From the NCBI GenBank assembly GCA_019704295.1, contig AP024596.1, forward strand, positions 992,001 through 1,056,000: a stretch of 64,000 nucleotides of DNA, read 5' to 3'. Position 1 is the first letter of the stretch, and the number at the start of each line of letters is the position of its first letter. A program made the position numbers and the translations under genes. This DNA comes from Sulfolobales archaeon HS-7. Lineage in GTDB: Archaea; Thermoproteota; Thermoprotei_A; Sulfolobales; Sulfolobaceae. Positions 41,481 through 52,037 of the stretch are shown here, piece by piece. Under the pieces are notes generated by a model that was given only the letters and a program-made list of their open reading frames with translations, was not told where the DNA came from and searched no databases.

Positions 41481-42728
41481 ACGGACATAGAGGTGGCTAA
41501 GCGGATAGAGGCGGACCAGAGGGACGTCCTAGAGGAAAAGTTGTCAAATAACTATGTGAAGAGGGATTTCAGGGGCGACATCTCTAAGTACTTTAGTATT
41601 CCCAACGTCCTAGTCTTACTTGGAATAAGGGGGTCTGGAAAGTCCACTTTGTCCTTAATGCTCATGAAGGATTTAGGGGTTAAGTTTGCATACTTGAACT
41701 TCGATGAAGAGATGCTCTACGGAGTTTCTATCAAGGATCTGAGGAGCTTAACACAGGCAATATATGAAGTTTATGGGACTGACGTGAATTACTTCGTTTT
41801 CGACGAAATCTACAATGTAAAGGGTTGGGAACTCTTTATAACCAGACTAAGGGAGACGAACAGAATAGTTGTAACTGGAAGTAACTCGAGGATGCTATCG
41901 GGGGGGCTCTCAACAGTTCTTACAGGGAGGCACTCGGACCTAGTTCTCTCCCCTTTTTCCTTTAAGGAATATTTGCGTTTTAAGGGGCTCAGCGAAGAGA
42001 TCCCAACTTCCACAAGAAGGGTGGCTGAGGTCAAGATCGAGTTGGGGAAGTACTTGGATACGGGAGGGTTTCCAGAGGCCCTGATGATAGGTAAGCAACA
42101 AGTAGATGTAATATACAACGATATTCTCTTCAAGGACGTAATATTTAGATATAAAATCAGGGAGACGGAGAAGTTTAAAGACTTCTCAAAGAGTCTGATC
42201 TCCTATTACTCGTCCGAGGTATCTTTGTCTAGGCTAGCGAAAACTGTTGAGGTAGACAAGAGGACTATCGATTTATGGTCTTTTGGGCTTGAAAACGCTT
42301 ACTTAACCTATTTCCTTCCTAGGTTCGGGGAGAAACCCAGGGAGAGATTAACTTTCAATAAGAAAGTATACGTAGTTGATCTCGGAATTATGTCGCGTAT
42401 GGCATTAAGGTCTAGGGATGAAGGTAGGATCATGGAGAACGCAGTCTTCCTTAAGTTAGCTAGGGACAACCAGCTGAGGGGACTATCCTACATCAAGGGC
42501 AAGGATTTCGAAGTGGACTTTTACGATGAGGTGAAATCGAGATTGATCCAAGTGACCAGGGCTTCTGATAAAGTGGATGAGAGGGAGATCAGAGGGATCT
42601 TAAAGGCGAAGAGCTTAGTACGAGCCAAAGAGCACTTAATAGTAACTTACGATGTGGAGGGTGTCGAGAGAATAGAAGGGAGGGAGATAAGGATGATACC
42701 CATCTATAAGTTCCTACTCATGAGTTGA
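41481..42728 (+). CDS. Archaeal ATPase, AAA_14 + DUF4143 family
   Basis: GIRGSGKST, FDEI, VTGSNS, LTGRH, GGFPE, KKVYVVD, MENAVF, EVDF. Start is ACG 41481 or GTG 41493. Confidence 0.88.
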   Translation, partial: TDIEVAKRIEADQRDVLEEKLSNNYVKRDFRGDISKYFSIPNVLVLLGIRGSGKSTLSLMLMKDLGVKFAYLNFDEEMLYGVSIKDLRSLTQAIYEVYGTDVNYFVFDEIYNVKGWELFITRLRETNRIVVTGSNSRMLSGGLSTVLTGRHSDLVLSPFSFKEYLRFKGLSEEIPTSTRRVAEVKIELGKYLDTGGFPEALMIGKQQVDVIYNDILFKDVIFRYKIRETEKFKDFSKSLISYYSSEVSLSRLAKTVEVDKRTIDLWSFGLENAYLTYFLPRFGEKPRERLTFNKKVYVVDLGIMSRMALRSRDEGRIMENAVFLKLARDNQLRGLSYIKGKDFEVDFYDEVKSRLIQVTRASDKVDEREIRGILKAKSLVRAKEHLIVTYDVEGVERIEGREIRMIPIYKFLLMS

Positions 42729-42858
42729 ATTCGCTAACTAACATTGGCGTTTCGATGGATTCTAGTCGAGGGCTTGGAGTAGTTTGGGATTAACGCTTGT
42801 TTATTGAGGTAATCTTAGCACGATCAAGTTAAATATGTGCAGTTATTATATTCATAGT

Positions 42859-43341
42859 ATGCGAGGAGCTATAATAGCTGGAATAGTTGTGTTAATTCTC
42901 ATAATCGGTGGGATTTTAGGTTACACTTACTTTACCATGGGAAACGTTAAAATATACGTTGTCGATGCTCCATCAGGTCTAGTAATAACCCTGACCTCAA
43001 CCTCAATAATGCTGCACAAGGTCACTGGAGGATGGGTGACAGTTTCCAACAAAACAATCTCATTTAACTTAACATCTGCAGCTGTGCTACTGGTTAAAGC
43101 GGTTATTCCAGCAGGGAAATATAATGAGATGTTTATCTACGTTTCAAACGGTTCCGCATCAATTTTGGGATTATCGGTTTCGTTACCCAGTCACGTTTTC
43201 AAAATTCACTTTGTTAATAATCAGGATCTAGTTGTAGGCGGAATGTACAATGCAACCGTAATTATTAACTTCCCTCATATTTCAATGAACGCCGGAAATC
43301 TCATAATTACCCCTTCAGTAACTGCCGTAGCCTATAACTGA
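42859..43341 (+). CDS. Membrane-anchored DUF4382-like protein
   Basis: N-terminal TM, VKIYVVDAP, IPAGKYNE, LPSHVFKI. Confidence 0.7.
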   Translation: MRGAIIAGIVVLILIIGGILGYTYFTMGNVKIYVVDAPSGLVITLTSTSIMLHKVTGGWVTVSNKTISFNLTSAAVLLVKAVIPAGKYNEMFIYVSNGSASILGLSVSLPSHVFKIHFVNNQDLVVGGMYNATVIINFPHISMNAGNLIITPSVTAVAYN

Positions 43342-43457
43342 ATTTATCGTAACGGGGGATTAATGGGAACGTATGAGGGTGAATAACCCCTCATTTGAAT
43401 ACTTTTTAAGAAAGTAGTATAGATAGAATTTTAAAAACCACTACAAATACTAAATTT

Positions 43458-45107
43458 ATGCCTTCAACAGTAGCGGATGTAATAGTTAGGACTATGAGTA
43501 AATTCGGTGTAAAGAGGATTTATGGAATACCTGGAGACTCCATAGATCCCTTAGTTGATGCCCTTAGGAGAAATAAAGAGGTGCAGTATATTCAAGTTAG
43601 GCATGAAGAGGGAGCAGCATTCGAGGCTTCAGTAGAGGCAGAATTAACGGGGAACCTCGCAGCTTGTATGGGGACCTCTGGACCAGGTTCAATACATCTG
43701 TTAAACGGACTTTACAACGCTAAAATGCAGGGAGTGCCTGTCATAGCCCTTACTGGACAGGTAGAGTCATCCCTTCTAGGTTCGGATTACTTCCAAGAGG
43801 TTAACCTTGTAAAGTTGTTTGACGACGTTGCGGTATTTAACATGATGATTGCGAATCCAGAGAACGCAGGCTACATTGTATGGAGGGCTATGCGAGAAGC
43901 TATTATAAAGAGAGGTGTGTCCCATGTAAACCTACCCGTAGATGTACTAAGGATGAACGCAGAGGAGTATTCAGCTGAGTTTAACTTTAATATAGGTTAT
44001 GCACCGGATCTCGCTAAGGCTAGGGACGCAATAGATAAAAGTAAACGACCTCTCGTCTTTATAGGTGGAGGAACCAGGAGATATGGGGAATTAGTTAACG
44101 CTTTTGCGGAAAAAATAGGTGCACCCATCGTTTATGCCCTAAATGGGAAAGGCGTAATTTCGGATTACGATAATAAAGTGCTTGGAGGTATAGGTCTCTT
44201 AGGTACGAAGCCATCTATAGAGGGTTTGGATAAGGCAGACCTAATAATTATGCTAGGATCTTCATTTCCATATGTGACGTTCATTCCTGAGAATAAGGAT
44301 ATAATACAAGTAGATGTGAACCCGCAGAATTTAGGTAAGCGGATTGACGTGAAGTACCCTATTGTGAGCGATGTAGGACAATTTCTCACGAATATTACAC
44401 CTATGTTGAAGGAGAAAGAGGATAAATTCTATCTCGAAATGAAAGGATCTAAAGAGAGATGGCTTGAGGAATTGTCGAAATTAGAAAACGCCAATTCAGA
44501 ACCGATAAAGCCTCAAAGGGTTGCTTTCGAATTGAGCAGGAGATTTGAGTCGGGGGTCGTTATAGTAGATACGGGAAATGTAACGATGTGGGGATCAAGG
44601 AATTTTAAGGCAAACGGTAAACAGAAATTCGTCTTCTCCTCATGGCTCGGCTCTATGGGTGTAGGAATTCCCGGCTCGGCTGCTGCGTCTTCTCTGGGTG
44701 AGAGGTCTTTAGCTCTAGTAGGAGACGGTGGGTTTATTATGACGAGTTCCGAGTTAATAACTGCCAAGAAATATAACCTGCCTATAAAGGTAGTAATTTT
44801 CAACAATTCCAAACTAGGCATGATAAAATTCGAGCAAGAGGTTATGGGATATCCAGAATGGGGAGTGGATCTGTATAATCCTGATTTCTCTAAGTTCGCT
44901 GAATCCATCGGTATTCACGGCTACCACGTGGAAAAACCGTCTGAGCTGGAAAAGACCATAGAACAATTTCTAGGCGATGAAGCACCTGCGGTCTTGGATG
45001 TGGTTGTGGATCCAAACGAAAGGCCGATGCCACCCAAGTTGAATTTCACACAGGCTAAAAATTACGTAATTTCCATTTTTAAAGAGAAGCTTGAGCCAGT
45101 TGAGTGA
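43458..45107 (+). CDS. Pyruvate oxidase/dehydrogenase (ThDP- and FAD-dependent, PoxB-like)
   Basis: YGIPGDS, VRHEEGA, SGPGSIHLLNGLY, GDGG...NN ThDP motif, LGMIKFEQ. Confidence 0.9.
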   Translation: MPSTVADVIVRTMSKFGVKRIYGIPGDSIDPLVDALRRNKEVQYIQVRHEEGAAFEASVEAELTGNLAACMGTSGPGSIHLLNGLYNAKMQGVPVIALTGQVESSLLGSDYFQEVNLVKLFDDVAVFNMMIANPENAGYIVWRAMREAIIKRGVSHVNLPVDVLRMNAEEYSAEFNFNIGYAPDLAKARDAIDKSKRPLVFIGGGTRRYGELVNAFAEKIGAPIVYALNGKGVISDYDNKVLGGIGLLGTKPSIEGLDKADLIIMLGSSFPYVTFIPENKDIIQVDVNPQNLGKRIDVKYPIVSDVGQFLTNITPMLKEKEDKFYLEMKGSKERWLEELSKLENANSEPIKPQRVAFELSRRFESGVVIVDTGNVTMWGSRNFKANGKQKFVFSSWLGSMGVGIPGSAAASSLGERSLALVGDGGFIMTSSELITAKKYNLPIKVVIFNNSKLGMIKFEQEVMGYPEWGVDLYNPDFSKFAESIGIHGYHVEKPSELEKTIEQFLGDEAPAVLDVVVDPNERPMPPKLNFTQAKNYVISIFKEKLEPVE

Positions 45108-46132
45108 GGATGAAGATAGCTATTTTGGGGGGAGGATTCGCAGGAATAAGCGCTAAGCTAAATCTGAAAAACGCCTTACTGATCGATGAATCGGATTTCT
45201 TCACGGTAACGCCTAAGCTTACTGATGTGATATCAGGAGAAGATCCGAAACTATCTAAGCTTTTTAGAAGGGTTGATATCAGAGCTAAAGTGAGGGAAAT
45301 TGATCTTAGAAGCAAGGAGATCCTGACTACTGATGGGAAACTGACTTACGACAAACTGATCATTGCAATGGGATATAAGCAAAACGTAAATCGCATCAAG
45401 GGTGGTGACAAATTGCTCAGACTCGAAACAACCGAGGATGCTTTAAAGTTTAAAGAGGAAATCAGTAAATCCAGAAGTATTTGTGTGATTGGAGGCGGGG
45501 ATCTCGGCGTTGAGGTAATAGGTTCTACGGTGGAATTAGTTAGTAAATTGAGCGACAAGCAGATTACTATAGTAAACAGGGGAAACAGGCTACTCCCTCA
45601 TATGCCTCTAGAAATATCCTTAAGTGTTGAAGATATTCTTATGAAGAAGGGGGTCACTTTACTTTTTAATACTGAAGTAGAGGGAGTTGAGGGAAATAAG
45701 GTTATAACGTCAAAGGAAACAATTACTGCTGATCACATATTCTTTGCTGGAGGGCTTAAAGGTCCTGACGTTGAAGTAAAACCGAATATTGAAAGAGTTA
45801 ATGATAGATTCATAGTTAACGATGATCTCAGCTTACCCGGCTTCGAGGATACTTACGCGATTGGTTATTCGGCTTATCTAAAAGGTACTCCAGGCACGGC
45901 TGAAATCGCTCTCCAACAGGGAACCTTTGTTGCGAGGAACATAACCTCTAGGAAGGAGAAGTTCGTTGCAAAACCCTTAGCTGATGTTATTAAAGTTGAT
46001 CAGGAATATTTAGGTATTTTCCTAGGAAAACCGGTCAAAGGAAACTTTGCAAGAGCACTAAAAGAAATTGCCATAACGAACACAATAGCTAAAGTAAATA
46101 GAATTAATATTGGCCTAACGCAATTTTCTTGA
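45104..46132 (+). CDS. FAD-dependent oxidoreductase (type II NADH dehydrogenase-like)
   Basis: GGGFAG, YDKLIIAMG, GGGDLGVE, TAEIALQQG; GTGA overlap. Confidence 0.85.
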   Translation: MRMKIAILGGGFAGISAKLNLKNALLIDESDFFTVTPKLTDVISGEDPKLSKLFRRVDIRAKVREIDLRSKEILTTDGKLTYDKLIIAMGYKQNVNRIKGGDKLLRLETTEDALKFKEEISKSRSICVIGGGDLGVEVIGSTVELVSKLSDKQITIVNRGNRLLPHMPLEISLSVEDILMKKGVTLLFNTEVEGVEGNKVITSKETITADHIFFAGGLKGPDVEVKPNIERVNDRFIVNDDLSLPGFEDTYAIGYSAYLKGTPGTAEIALQQGTFVARNITSRKEKFVAKPLADVIKVDQEYLGIFLGKPVKGNFARALKEIAITNTIAKVNRINIGLTQFS

Positions 46133-46244
46133 CAAGTTTGTCTAAAAAGGTTAAAGAAGTTTGGAAATTACCTAATCTTACATCACGTAAAAATCGGGAG
46201 AGCCTTGGATAGACTTAATAGTCTAGAAATAGTCATGATTTTTA

Positions 46245-46850
46245 ATGATACTAGATTTATCGTTGTATATAGAAAACGAAATGCCTTTTTATCCAGGGGA
46301 TCCTAAACCCTATATAAAGACGTATAAGACTTTGGAAAAAGATGGGGTAAATCTTCACGAACTTCACCTTGGTACACATACAGGCACTCATGTAGACGTT
46401 CCTTTTCATTTCGTGAAGGATGGTAAAACTCTTGATCAAATTCCCTTAGAGCGTTTCATGGGAAATGCTACCTCATTAGCTGTGACCGACCAGTCTAACA
46501 TTAAATTAGATTCCATTCCGAATGAGGGGGATGTCTTAGTACTGTACACGGGAACTAATCTACAGTGGAAAAAGGGTTGGGACATGTCATCTATAGCCAG
46601 AATTGATGAGACTACGGCGAAAAACATTGTGAGTAGCGGGAAGAAGCTAGTTGCTATAGACTCTCCCAGTATCGGTTATCCAGAAGTTCACAGGATCTTA
46701 CTTGGGAACGATATTATGATAGTCGAAAACCTTAACTCCCATGCACTTAGTCAATTAGTAGGAAAGAAATTTCAATTTATGGCTTTCCCCATTTTAGTAA
46801 AGGGAGTAGACGGAGCACCAGCTAGGGCTTTAGCGTCAATAAACATTTAA
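46245..46850 (+). CDS. Cyclase family protein (kynurenine formamidase-like)
   Basis: YPGDP, HTGTHVDVPFH, IVENL, DGAPARA. Confidence 0.88.
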   Translation: MILDLSLYIENEMPFYPGDPKPYIKTYKTLEKDGVNLHELHLGTHTGTHVDVPFHFVKDGKTLDQIPLERFMGNATSLAVTDQSNIKLDSIPNEGDVLVLYTGTNLQWKKGWDMSSIARIDETTAKNIVSSGKKLVAIDSPSIGYPEVHRILLGNDIMIVENLNSHALSQLVGKKFQFMAFPILVKGVDGAPARALASINI

Positions 46851-46875
46851 GCCTGTCACGTCTTATTCCTCTTTA

Positions 46876-49773
46876 ATGAGAAAAATAGGGGAGTTGTCTC
46901 AAAGGATAGCTTTTGTCTACGCTAACTCCTTTACCAAGATTAAGTTCCTCGACTGGAACACCACGGAGAACCCTTTTCAACTGGAAGTTAACGTAACACA
47001 TCAAAATCAAAGACTTGCTGTGATGGATTACTCAGGCTCTGCGTTAGTGAAGCTTAACGGAAAACCGTATTTTGCCTTGGACGGATATCATAAGGAGTTC
47101 GGATTACCTTTAGGCGCGGATAAGATAACGGCAGATTTCTCAACCTACAAGAGTTTTGGTGAAAAATCTCCTATTAATCCAGGCAGGCCAGTTCTATACG
47201 TTCTTAGACCATCAGCAAGGGAGTTAGCTATTTACGGTAACGTTATTCTAGAATTTGTCAAATATACTACCGACGAATACGTAAGGGAATTGTTAATTAA
47301 GGCCCTCACGGACTCGCTAACTCTAGTTCCCTTTTCTGGGGTTTCCCGAGAACAGTTGTTACTGGCATCAGCGCTTCAACGTAATTTTCCCAGGTACTTA
47401 TTAGATTATTCTGAGAAAATGGATTACAGTGAGGGAGAGTATTCTGAGGAGTTCGAAAGGTCTTTAGAAAATCTTAAGGAAAAGCTTAGAGAACTAAGAG
47501 AAGATCTGGGAAAAAGAGGGAAAATAACAGCCATTGGTCATGCTCATACAGACACAGCGTGGCTCTGGCCTTTTTCCGAAACTAGAAGAAAAGTACATAG
47601 AAATTTCGCAACAATGCTATCATTAATGAATAATTATGAATTCAAATTTATTCAGAGCATGTCAATATACTATGAATGGATAAAGCAGGATTTTCCAGAA
47701 CTTTTCGAGAAGGTAAGGGAGAAAATTAATGAGGGAAAGTGGATATTAGGAGCAGGATACGTTGAATTTGACGCTAATGTTACTTCTGGAGAGTCCTTAG
47801 TAAGGCAGTTCCTTTACTCCCAAAGATTTTACAAAGAGAATTTTGGAAGGAAGGCTGAAATAATATGGCTACCCGATACGTTCGGATTTTCAGCTCAACT
47901 ACCTCAAATAGCTAAGCTTGGAGGAACCAGAGTCTTTGCAACACACAAAGTCTTCTGGAATGACACTAATAAGTTCCCATACTCTTTGTTCCACTGGAGG
48001 GGAATAGACGGGACGGTTATTCCAGCAATTGCCTTCGGTAATGGTAAAGGAGGGTACAATTCCTCCTTTGAAGCGGATAGCGTTATGGAACAATTCAATA
48101 ACTGGAAGGATAAGGCAGAACCCATGCTATATTCATACGGGTATGGTGACGGCGGAGGTGGACCTACCGAGGAGATGCTACTTAGAGCTAAGGCTATAAA
48201 CGATATGCCAGTAATGCCTAAGGTTGATCTTTTAGGCGAAATCAAGCCTAATCCATCAGCCTCATGGAGGGGAGAACTTTACTTGGAAACCCATAGAGGA
48301 GTTCTCACATCACACTCAAGGATGAAATACCTTCACAGACGTGCTGAATTCGCTATTAGAGAAGCTGAAATTTGGAGTACAATTGCAGGAACGTATGACG
48401 ATTCAGTTTTCGAGAAAATGTGGAAGGAGATATTAAGGGACGAATTTCATGACGTGTTGCCAGGTTCTGCAATAAATGATGTCTACGAGGAGGTTTATCC
48501 TGCCTTAGAGAACGTAATAAGAAGTGCAGGGGAATTAGCTAAGAGAGCTATCGCGAAATTAGTAGGTGATGGTGAAAAACTTACTGCGTTCAATTCCCTT
48601 TCATGGGATAGAGATGAGTACGTGACGGTTAAGGAGGAATCGAGTATATCACAAAAGGTCTCGGACGGATACTTGATAAGGGTTCACATACCTTCATTAG
48701 GATATGCGGAGGTAAAACCGCTTGCAGTTGAAGACAAGGTCACACTAAGGGAAGAAGGAGAAAAAATAGTGATTGAGAACGGACAGCTCATTGTAGAGAT
48801 AAATAAACATGGACTAATTACAAGGATTTTTGATAAGAGGAATAAGAGGGAAATTCTAGCGAGACCCAGTAATGATGTACTGGTACACGAGAACATCCCA
48901 GGATGGGCTGATGCATGGGATATCGAAGAGTCTTTCCACGACACCACTCTCAACATGGATACAAGAAGCGTTACAGTAGAGGAGACCGGTCCTCTTAGGG
49001 CTTGCGTTAGAATTGAGAGAGCTATAAAACACTCTACATTAACTCAAAAAGTGTGTCTCTACGCAGAGGAAAGGGAAATACGATTTACTGATACGATCAA
49101 CTTATACGACAGGGAACTTTTAGTTAAGAACTGGTTTTACTTAAATCTCAACACTGACGAGGCGATTTTTGAAATTCCTTATGGGGTGATTAAGAGAAAA
49201 ACAAATAGAAATACATCGTGGGAAAGAGCTAAATTCGAGGTACCAATGCAGAAATGGATCGCAATAGAAGAGGACGGTTACGGAGTGGCAATGATAAATG
49301 ACGGAAAATACGGTATCACTGTAAATGAAGGCCAAATAGGACTTTCACTAGCTAAATCACCCCTATATCCAGATCCCCTTACTGATAGGGAGACGAATGT
49401 TGTCAATTACGCTCTCATTATCTACGATGGCAGCTGGAAAGAGGCGGGGGTACATAGAAGGGCATATAAGCTGAATTCCCCTCCTCTTTTGTTGAATACA
49501 AAGGGCGGTCAAAGGAGTTTCTTTAAATCAGGCGAATTGATCTTGGAGGCAATTAAGCGGTCTGAAGACAAAAGAGGTGTTATTCTCAGACTATATAACG
49601 TCTCCAACTCAGTGGGAAGGGAGAACTTACAGTTGTGGTTTACGCCTGCAAGGGTCGAGAGTACAAATGTACTGGAGGATGAAGAAATCAAGAGGGATAT
49701 TACCGTAATCGAGAACTCAATAACGCTCTCATATAAGAACTATGAAATAATTACGCTGAAGGTATATCAATAA
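46876..49773 (+). CDS. Alpha-mannosidase, GH38
   Basis: GHAHTDTAWLW, GESLVRQ, WLPDTFG, GYGDGGGGP, GELYLETHRG, FHDVLPGS. Confidence 0.95.
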   Translation: MRKIGELSQRIAFVYANSFTKIKFLDWNTTENPFQLEVNVTHQNQRLAVMDYSGSALVKLNGKPYFALDGYHKEFGLPLGADKITADFSTYKSFGEKSPINPGRPVLYVLRPSARELAIYGNVILEFVKYTTDEYVRELLIKALTDSLTLVPFSGVSREQLLLASALQRNFPRYLLDYSEKMDYSEGEYSEEFERSLENLKEKLRELREDLGKRGKITAIGHAHTDTAWLWPFSETRRKVHRNFATMLSLMNNYEFKFIQSMSIYYEWIKQDFPELFEKVREKINEGKWILGAGYVEFDANVTSGESLVRQFLYSQRFYKENFGRKAEIIWLPDTFGFSAQLPQIAKLGGTRVFATHKVFWNDTNKFPYSLFHWRGIDGTVIPAIAFGNGKGGYNSSFEADSVMEQFNNWKDKAEPMLYSYGYGDGGGGPTEEMLLRAKAINDMPVMPKVDLLGEIKPNPSASWRGELYLETHRGVLTSHSRMKYLHRRAEFAIREAEIWSTIAGTYDDSVFEKMWKEILRDEFHDVLPGSAINDVYEEVYPALENVIRSAGELAKRAIAKLVGDGEKLTAFNSLSWDRDEYVTVKEESSISQKVSDGYLIRVHIPSLGYAEVKPLAVEDKVTLREEGEKIVIENGQLIVEINKHGLITRIFDKRNKREILARPSNDVLVHENIPGWADAWDIEESFHDTTLNMDTRSVTVEETGPLRACVRIERAIKHSTLTQKVCLYAEEREIRFTDTINLYDRELLVKNWFYLNLNTDEAIFEIPYGVIKRKTNRNTSWERAKFEVPMQKWIAIEEDGYGVAMINDGKYGITVNEGQIGLSLAKSPLYPDPLTDRETNVVNYALIIYDGSWKEAGVHRRAYKLNSPPLLLNTKGGQRSFFKSGELILEAIKRSEDKRGVILRLYNVSNSVGRENLQLWFTPARVESTNVLEDEEIKRDITVIENSITLSYKNYEIITLKVYQ

Positions 49774-49774
49774 A

Positions 49775-50200
49775 ATGGAAAGTCTTATATCAAGATTAGA
49801 TGGAACGGACAAGCACGATAAACATTTGGCTTGGGTACAACTCGAGCAGAAATTAGATTCAGGTGAGGTAAGTCCTGAAGAACTTCTAAACGTTTTTCTG
49901 TGCTTTAGAAATCATGGAACCAGATATAGAGCATGGAATAAGGTTTATCAACTTATACAAGAGAAAAAGGTTTCCCAGGAAGTAGTAAAGAGGAGTGTTA
50001 ACTGCTTACTTGAACTGCTCTCAAGTGATGATATTAACGTTAGATGGCTTACTTGGTATATTACCTTGCCTCCTCTTATCGGTATAATATTAAGTGAGGA
50101 GGAACTTGTTCCCTATTACAACTACCTCTGTGAACTAAAGGATTACCTGGATTTGCTAGACGATATCCCGTTTGTCAAATGTCATGGGGACTTAAAGTGA
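49775..50200 (+). CDS. Hypothetical helical-repeat (HEAT-like) protein
   Basis: Repeated motifs RYRAW and VRWLTW, LLELLSSDDINVR; tight coupling to flanking genes. Confidence 0.65.
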   Translation: MESLISRLDGTDKHDKHLAWVQLEQKLDSGEVSPEELLNVFLCFRNHGTRYRAWNKVYQLIQEKKVSQEVVKRSVNCLLELLSSDDINVRWLTWYITLPPLIGIILSEEELVPYYNYLCELKDYLDLLDDIPFVKCHGDLK

Positions 50201-51267
50201 AGGACAGGGATTTAATCTCATTTCTTTCCGCCGTACTCTACTACGCTGAAAAAGGACATCCTTTACCTGTTGCGTTTAAGCGCGCGAAGTGTGAGCATAA
50301 AATCAAAAACGTAAACTACAATGAAGTTTTTTCCCTAGCTTATAAGTTAACGTTTTCCTACAACTCACTGACGGGAAGAGGAAGAAAGGATAAAGTGAGG
50401 AATTTCCTATCTTATGGCGGGACTCCAATCCTTCCAAATTGGATAACCGAAGAACTAAAACGAGTTAATATTGATGTAGATAAGGTTGTCCACGGCGGCG
50501 CGCAATGGATACGAGTAAATACCCTTAAAGGAGATATTGATAAGGTGAGGAAAGAGCTGGAGAAAGCCATTGACGTTTTTGATTCCCCTTTACCGTACGT
50601 GTTCAGAGTAAAGGAGCGTGTACCTAGCGAATTCACACGAAGTTATAAAGTTCTCTATCAGGACTTAGCTAGCGCGTATGTCGTTGAGAGCTTAAAGCCT
50701 CAGCAAGGCGAAGTTTTACTCGATTTTGCTTCATCTCCAGGAATAAAAGTCTCCCAATATATGGCACTAACAGAAAACAGAGGTAGGGTAATTGCCACGG
50801 ATGTAGACCATAACCGACTGAGGAAGGAATTACTTCTTCTTAGGAAGATGGGAGTGGATCTGAACAGGGTTGAGGTAATTAATCAAGATTCCTCGAGGTC
50901 AGCTATTATGAGGGGAGACAAAGCCCTAATTGACGCTCCATGTTCGTCGACAGGAATAATAACTAAAGAACCAACTCTTATGATCAGACTTAATCAAAGA
51001 CACTTAATTTCCAGGTTGAGTAAACTTCAGAAAAGTATTATTAATAAAGCGGTAAAAGCTACAGAAAAGATTGTGTACTCCACTTGCTCGATCCTACCAG
51101 AGGAAGGTGAGGAGGTGATAAGCGAATACGAAAAGCGGCTAGAAACACTTAATATAGATGGAAACACAGGATACGAAATTTACCCCTTTCATGATAAGGT
51201 GAGGCGTTTCTTTCCTGGAATTAATCACACAGATGGTTTCTTCATAGCTAGATTGAGGATAAGTTAA
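50179..51267 (+). CDS. RsmB/NOP2-family RNA m5C methyltransferase
   Basis: IRVNTLK, QD.AS, DAPCSSTG, YSTCS, DGFFIA. Confidence 0.92.
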   Translation: MSWGLKVKDRDLISFLSAVLYYAEKGHPLPVAFKRAKCEHKIKNVNYNEVFSLAYKLTFSYNSLTGRGRKDKVRNFLSYGGTPILPNWITEELKRVNIDVDKVVHGGAQWIRVNTLKGDIDKVRKELEKAIDVFDSPLPYVFRVKERVPSEFTRSYKVLYQDLASAYVVESLKPQQGEVLLDFASSPGIKVSQYMALTENRGRVIATDVDHNRLRKELLLLRKMGVDLNRVEVINQDSSRSAIMRGDKALIDAPCSSTGIITKEPTLMIRLNQRHLISRLSKLQKSIINKAVKATEKIVYSTCSILPEEGEEVISEYEKRLETLNIDGNTGYEIYPFHDKVRRFFPGINHTDGFFIARLRIS

Positions 51268-51298
51268 AAACATCCGAGGGTGAAGACGTCTCATCTAT

Positions 51299-51958
51299 TT
51301 ATGCTTTGTACAATGGAAAGATCCTCTTTCGTAAATATTCTAGTACATTTGTTTCGTGGGAGATCATAAGTTTATAAGCATCATCAGGATTTCTTGATTT
51401 AATAGCATTGAAAATATCTCTATGTTCCTCATATTCCTCATTCATTCTGTCGAAGCTAGTGAATAGCGTCATTCTTACGACTCTAAGCTTTAATCTAATA
51501 TTAATAAGGCATTCCCTGAGTTGCTCGTTTTCAGAAGCTCTTGCAATAAAGTCATGGAAGGTTCCGTTAAGTTCCGCTAAGGTGACAGGCTCTGCTTTTC
51601 CGGAAAACGTCGTTTCCTTTATATCGTCCAATATGTTCTGAATATCTTGTAACTCACGTTCGCTCGCCCTTACTGTAGCGAGTTTTGCTGCAAGTCCTTC
51701 TAATTCGATTCTGACCTCATAGAGTTTTTCTATCTCCTCTGGAGTTAAGTACAAAACGGTATAAGACCTGTTAGTTTTCCTTATTAACCCCTCCTTTTCC
51801 AGAATACGTAATGCCTCTCTTATTGGAGTTCTACTCATGTTGAGCTCCAGAGTCAAGGAGTCCTCTGTGAGCACCTCCCCCAGTTTATACTTACCCTCTA
51901 CAATTCTCTTAAGAATCTCATCATAAGCCGCCTTAGCTAAGCTTCCTGACATCGACAA
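51299..51958 (-). CDS. GntR family transcriptional regulator (FCD domain)
   Basis: MSRTPIREAL, LYEVRIELE, FHDFI, EEH..I. Confidence 0.92.
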   Translation of the reverse strand: MSMSGSLAKAAYDEILKRIVEGKYKLGEVLTEDSLTLELNMSRTPIREALRILEKEGLIRKTNRSYTVLYLTPEEIEKLYEVRIELEGLAAKLATVRASERELQDIQNILDDIKETTFSGKAEPVTLAELNGTFHDFIARASENEQLRECLINIRLKLRVVRMTLFTSFDRMNEEYEEHRDIFNAIKSRNPDDAYKLMISHETNVLEYLRKRIFPLYKA

Positions 51959-52037
51959 CCGTTTCCATTTTTATCGTTATATTTTTTCCTAGTAAAAATA
52001 GTAAGGCTTAAATCTAATAGTGATAATCAGTATAGTT

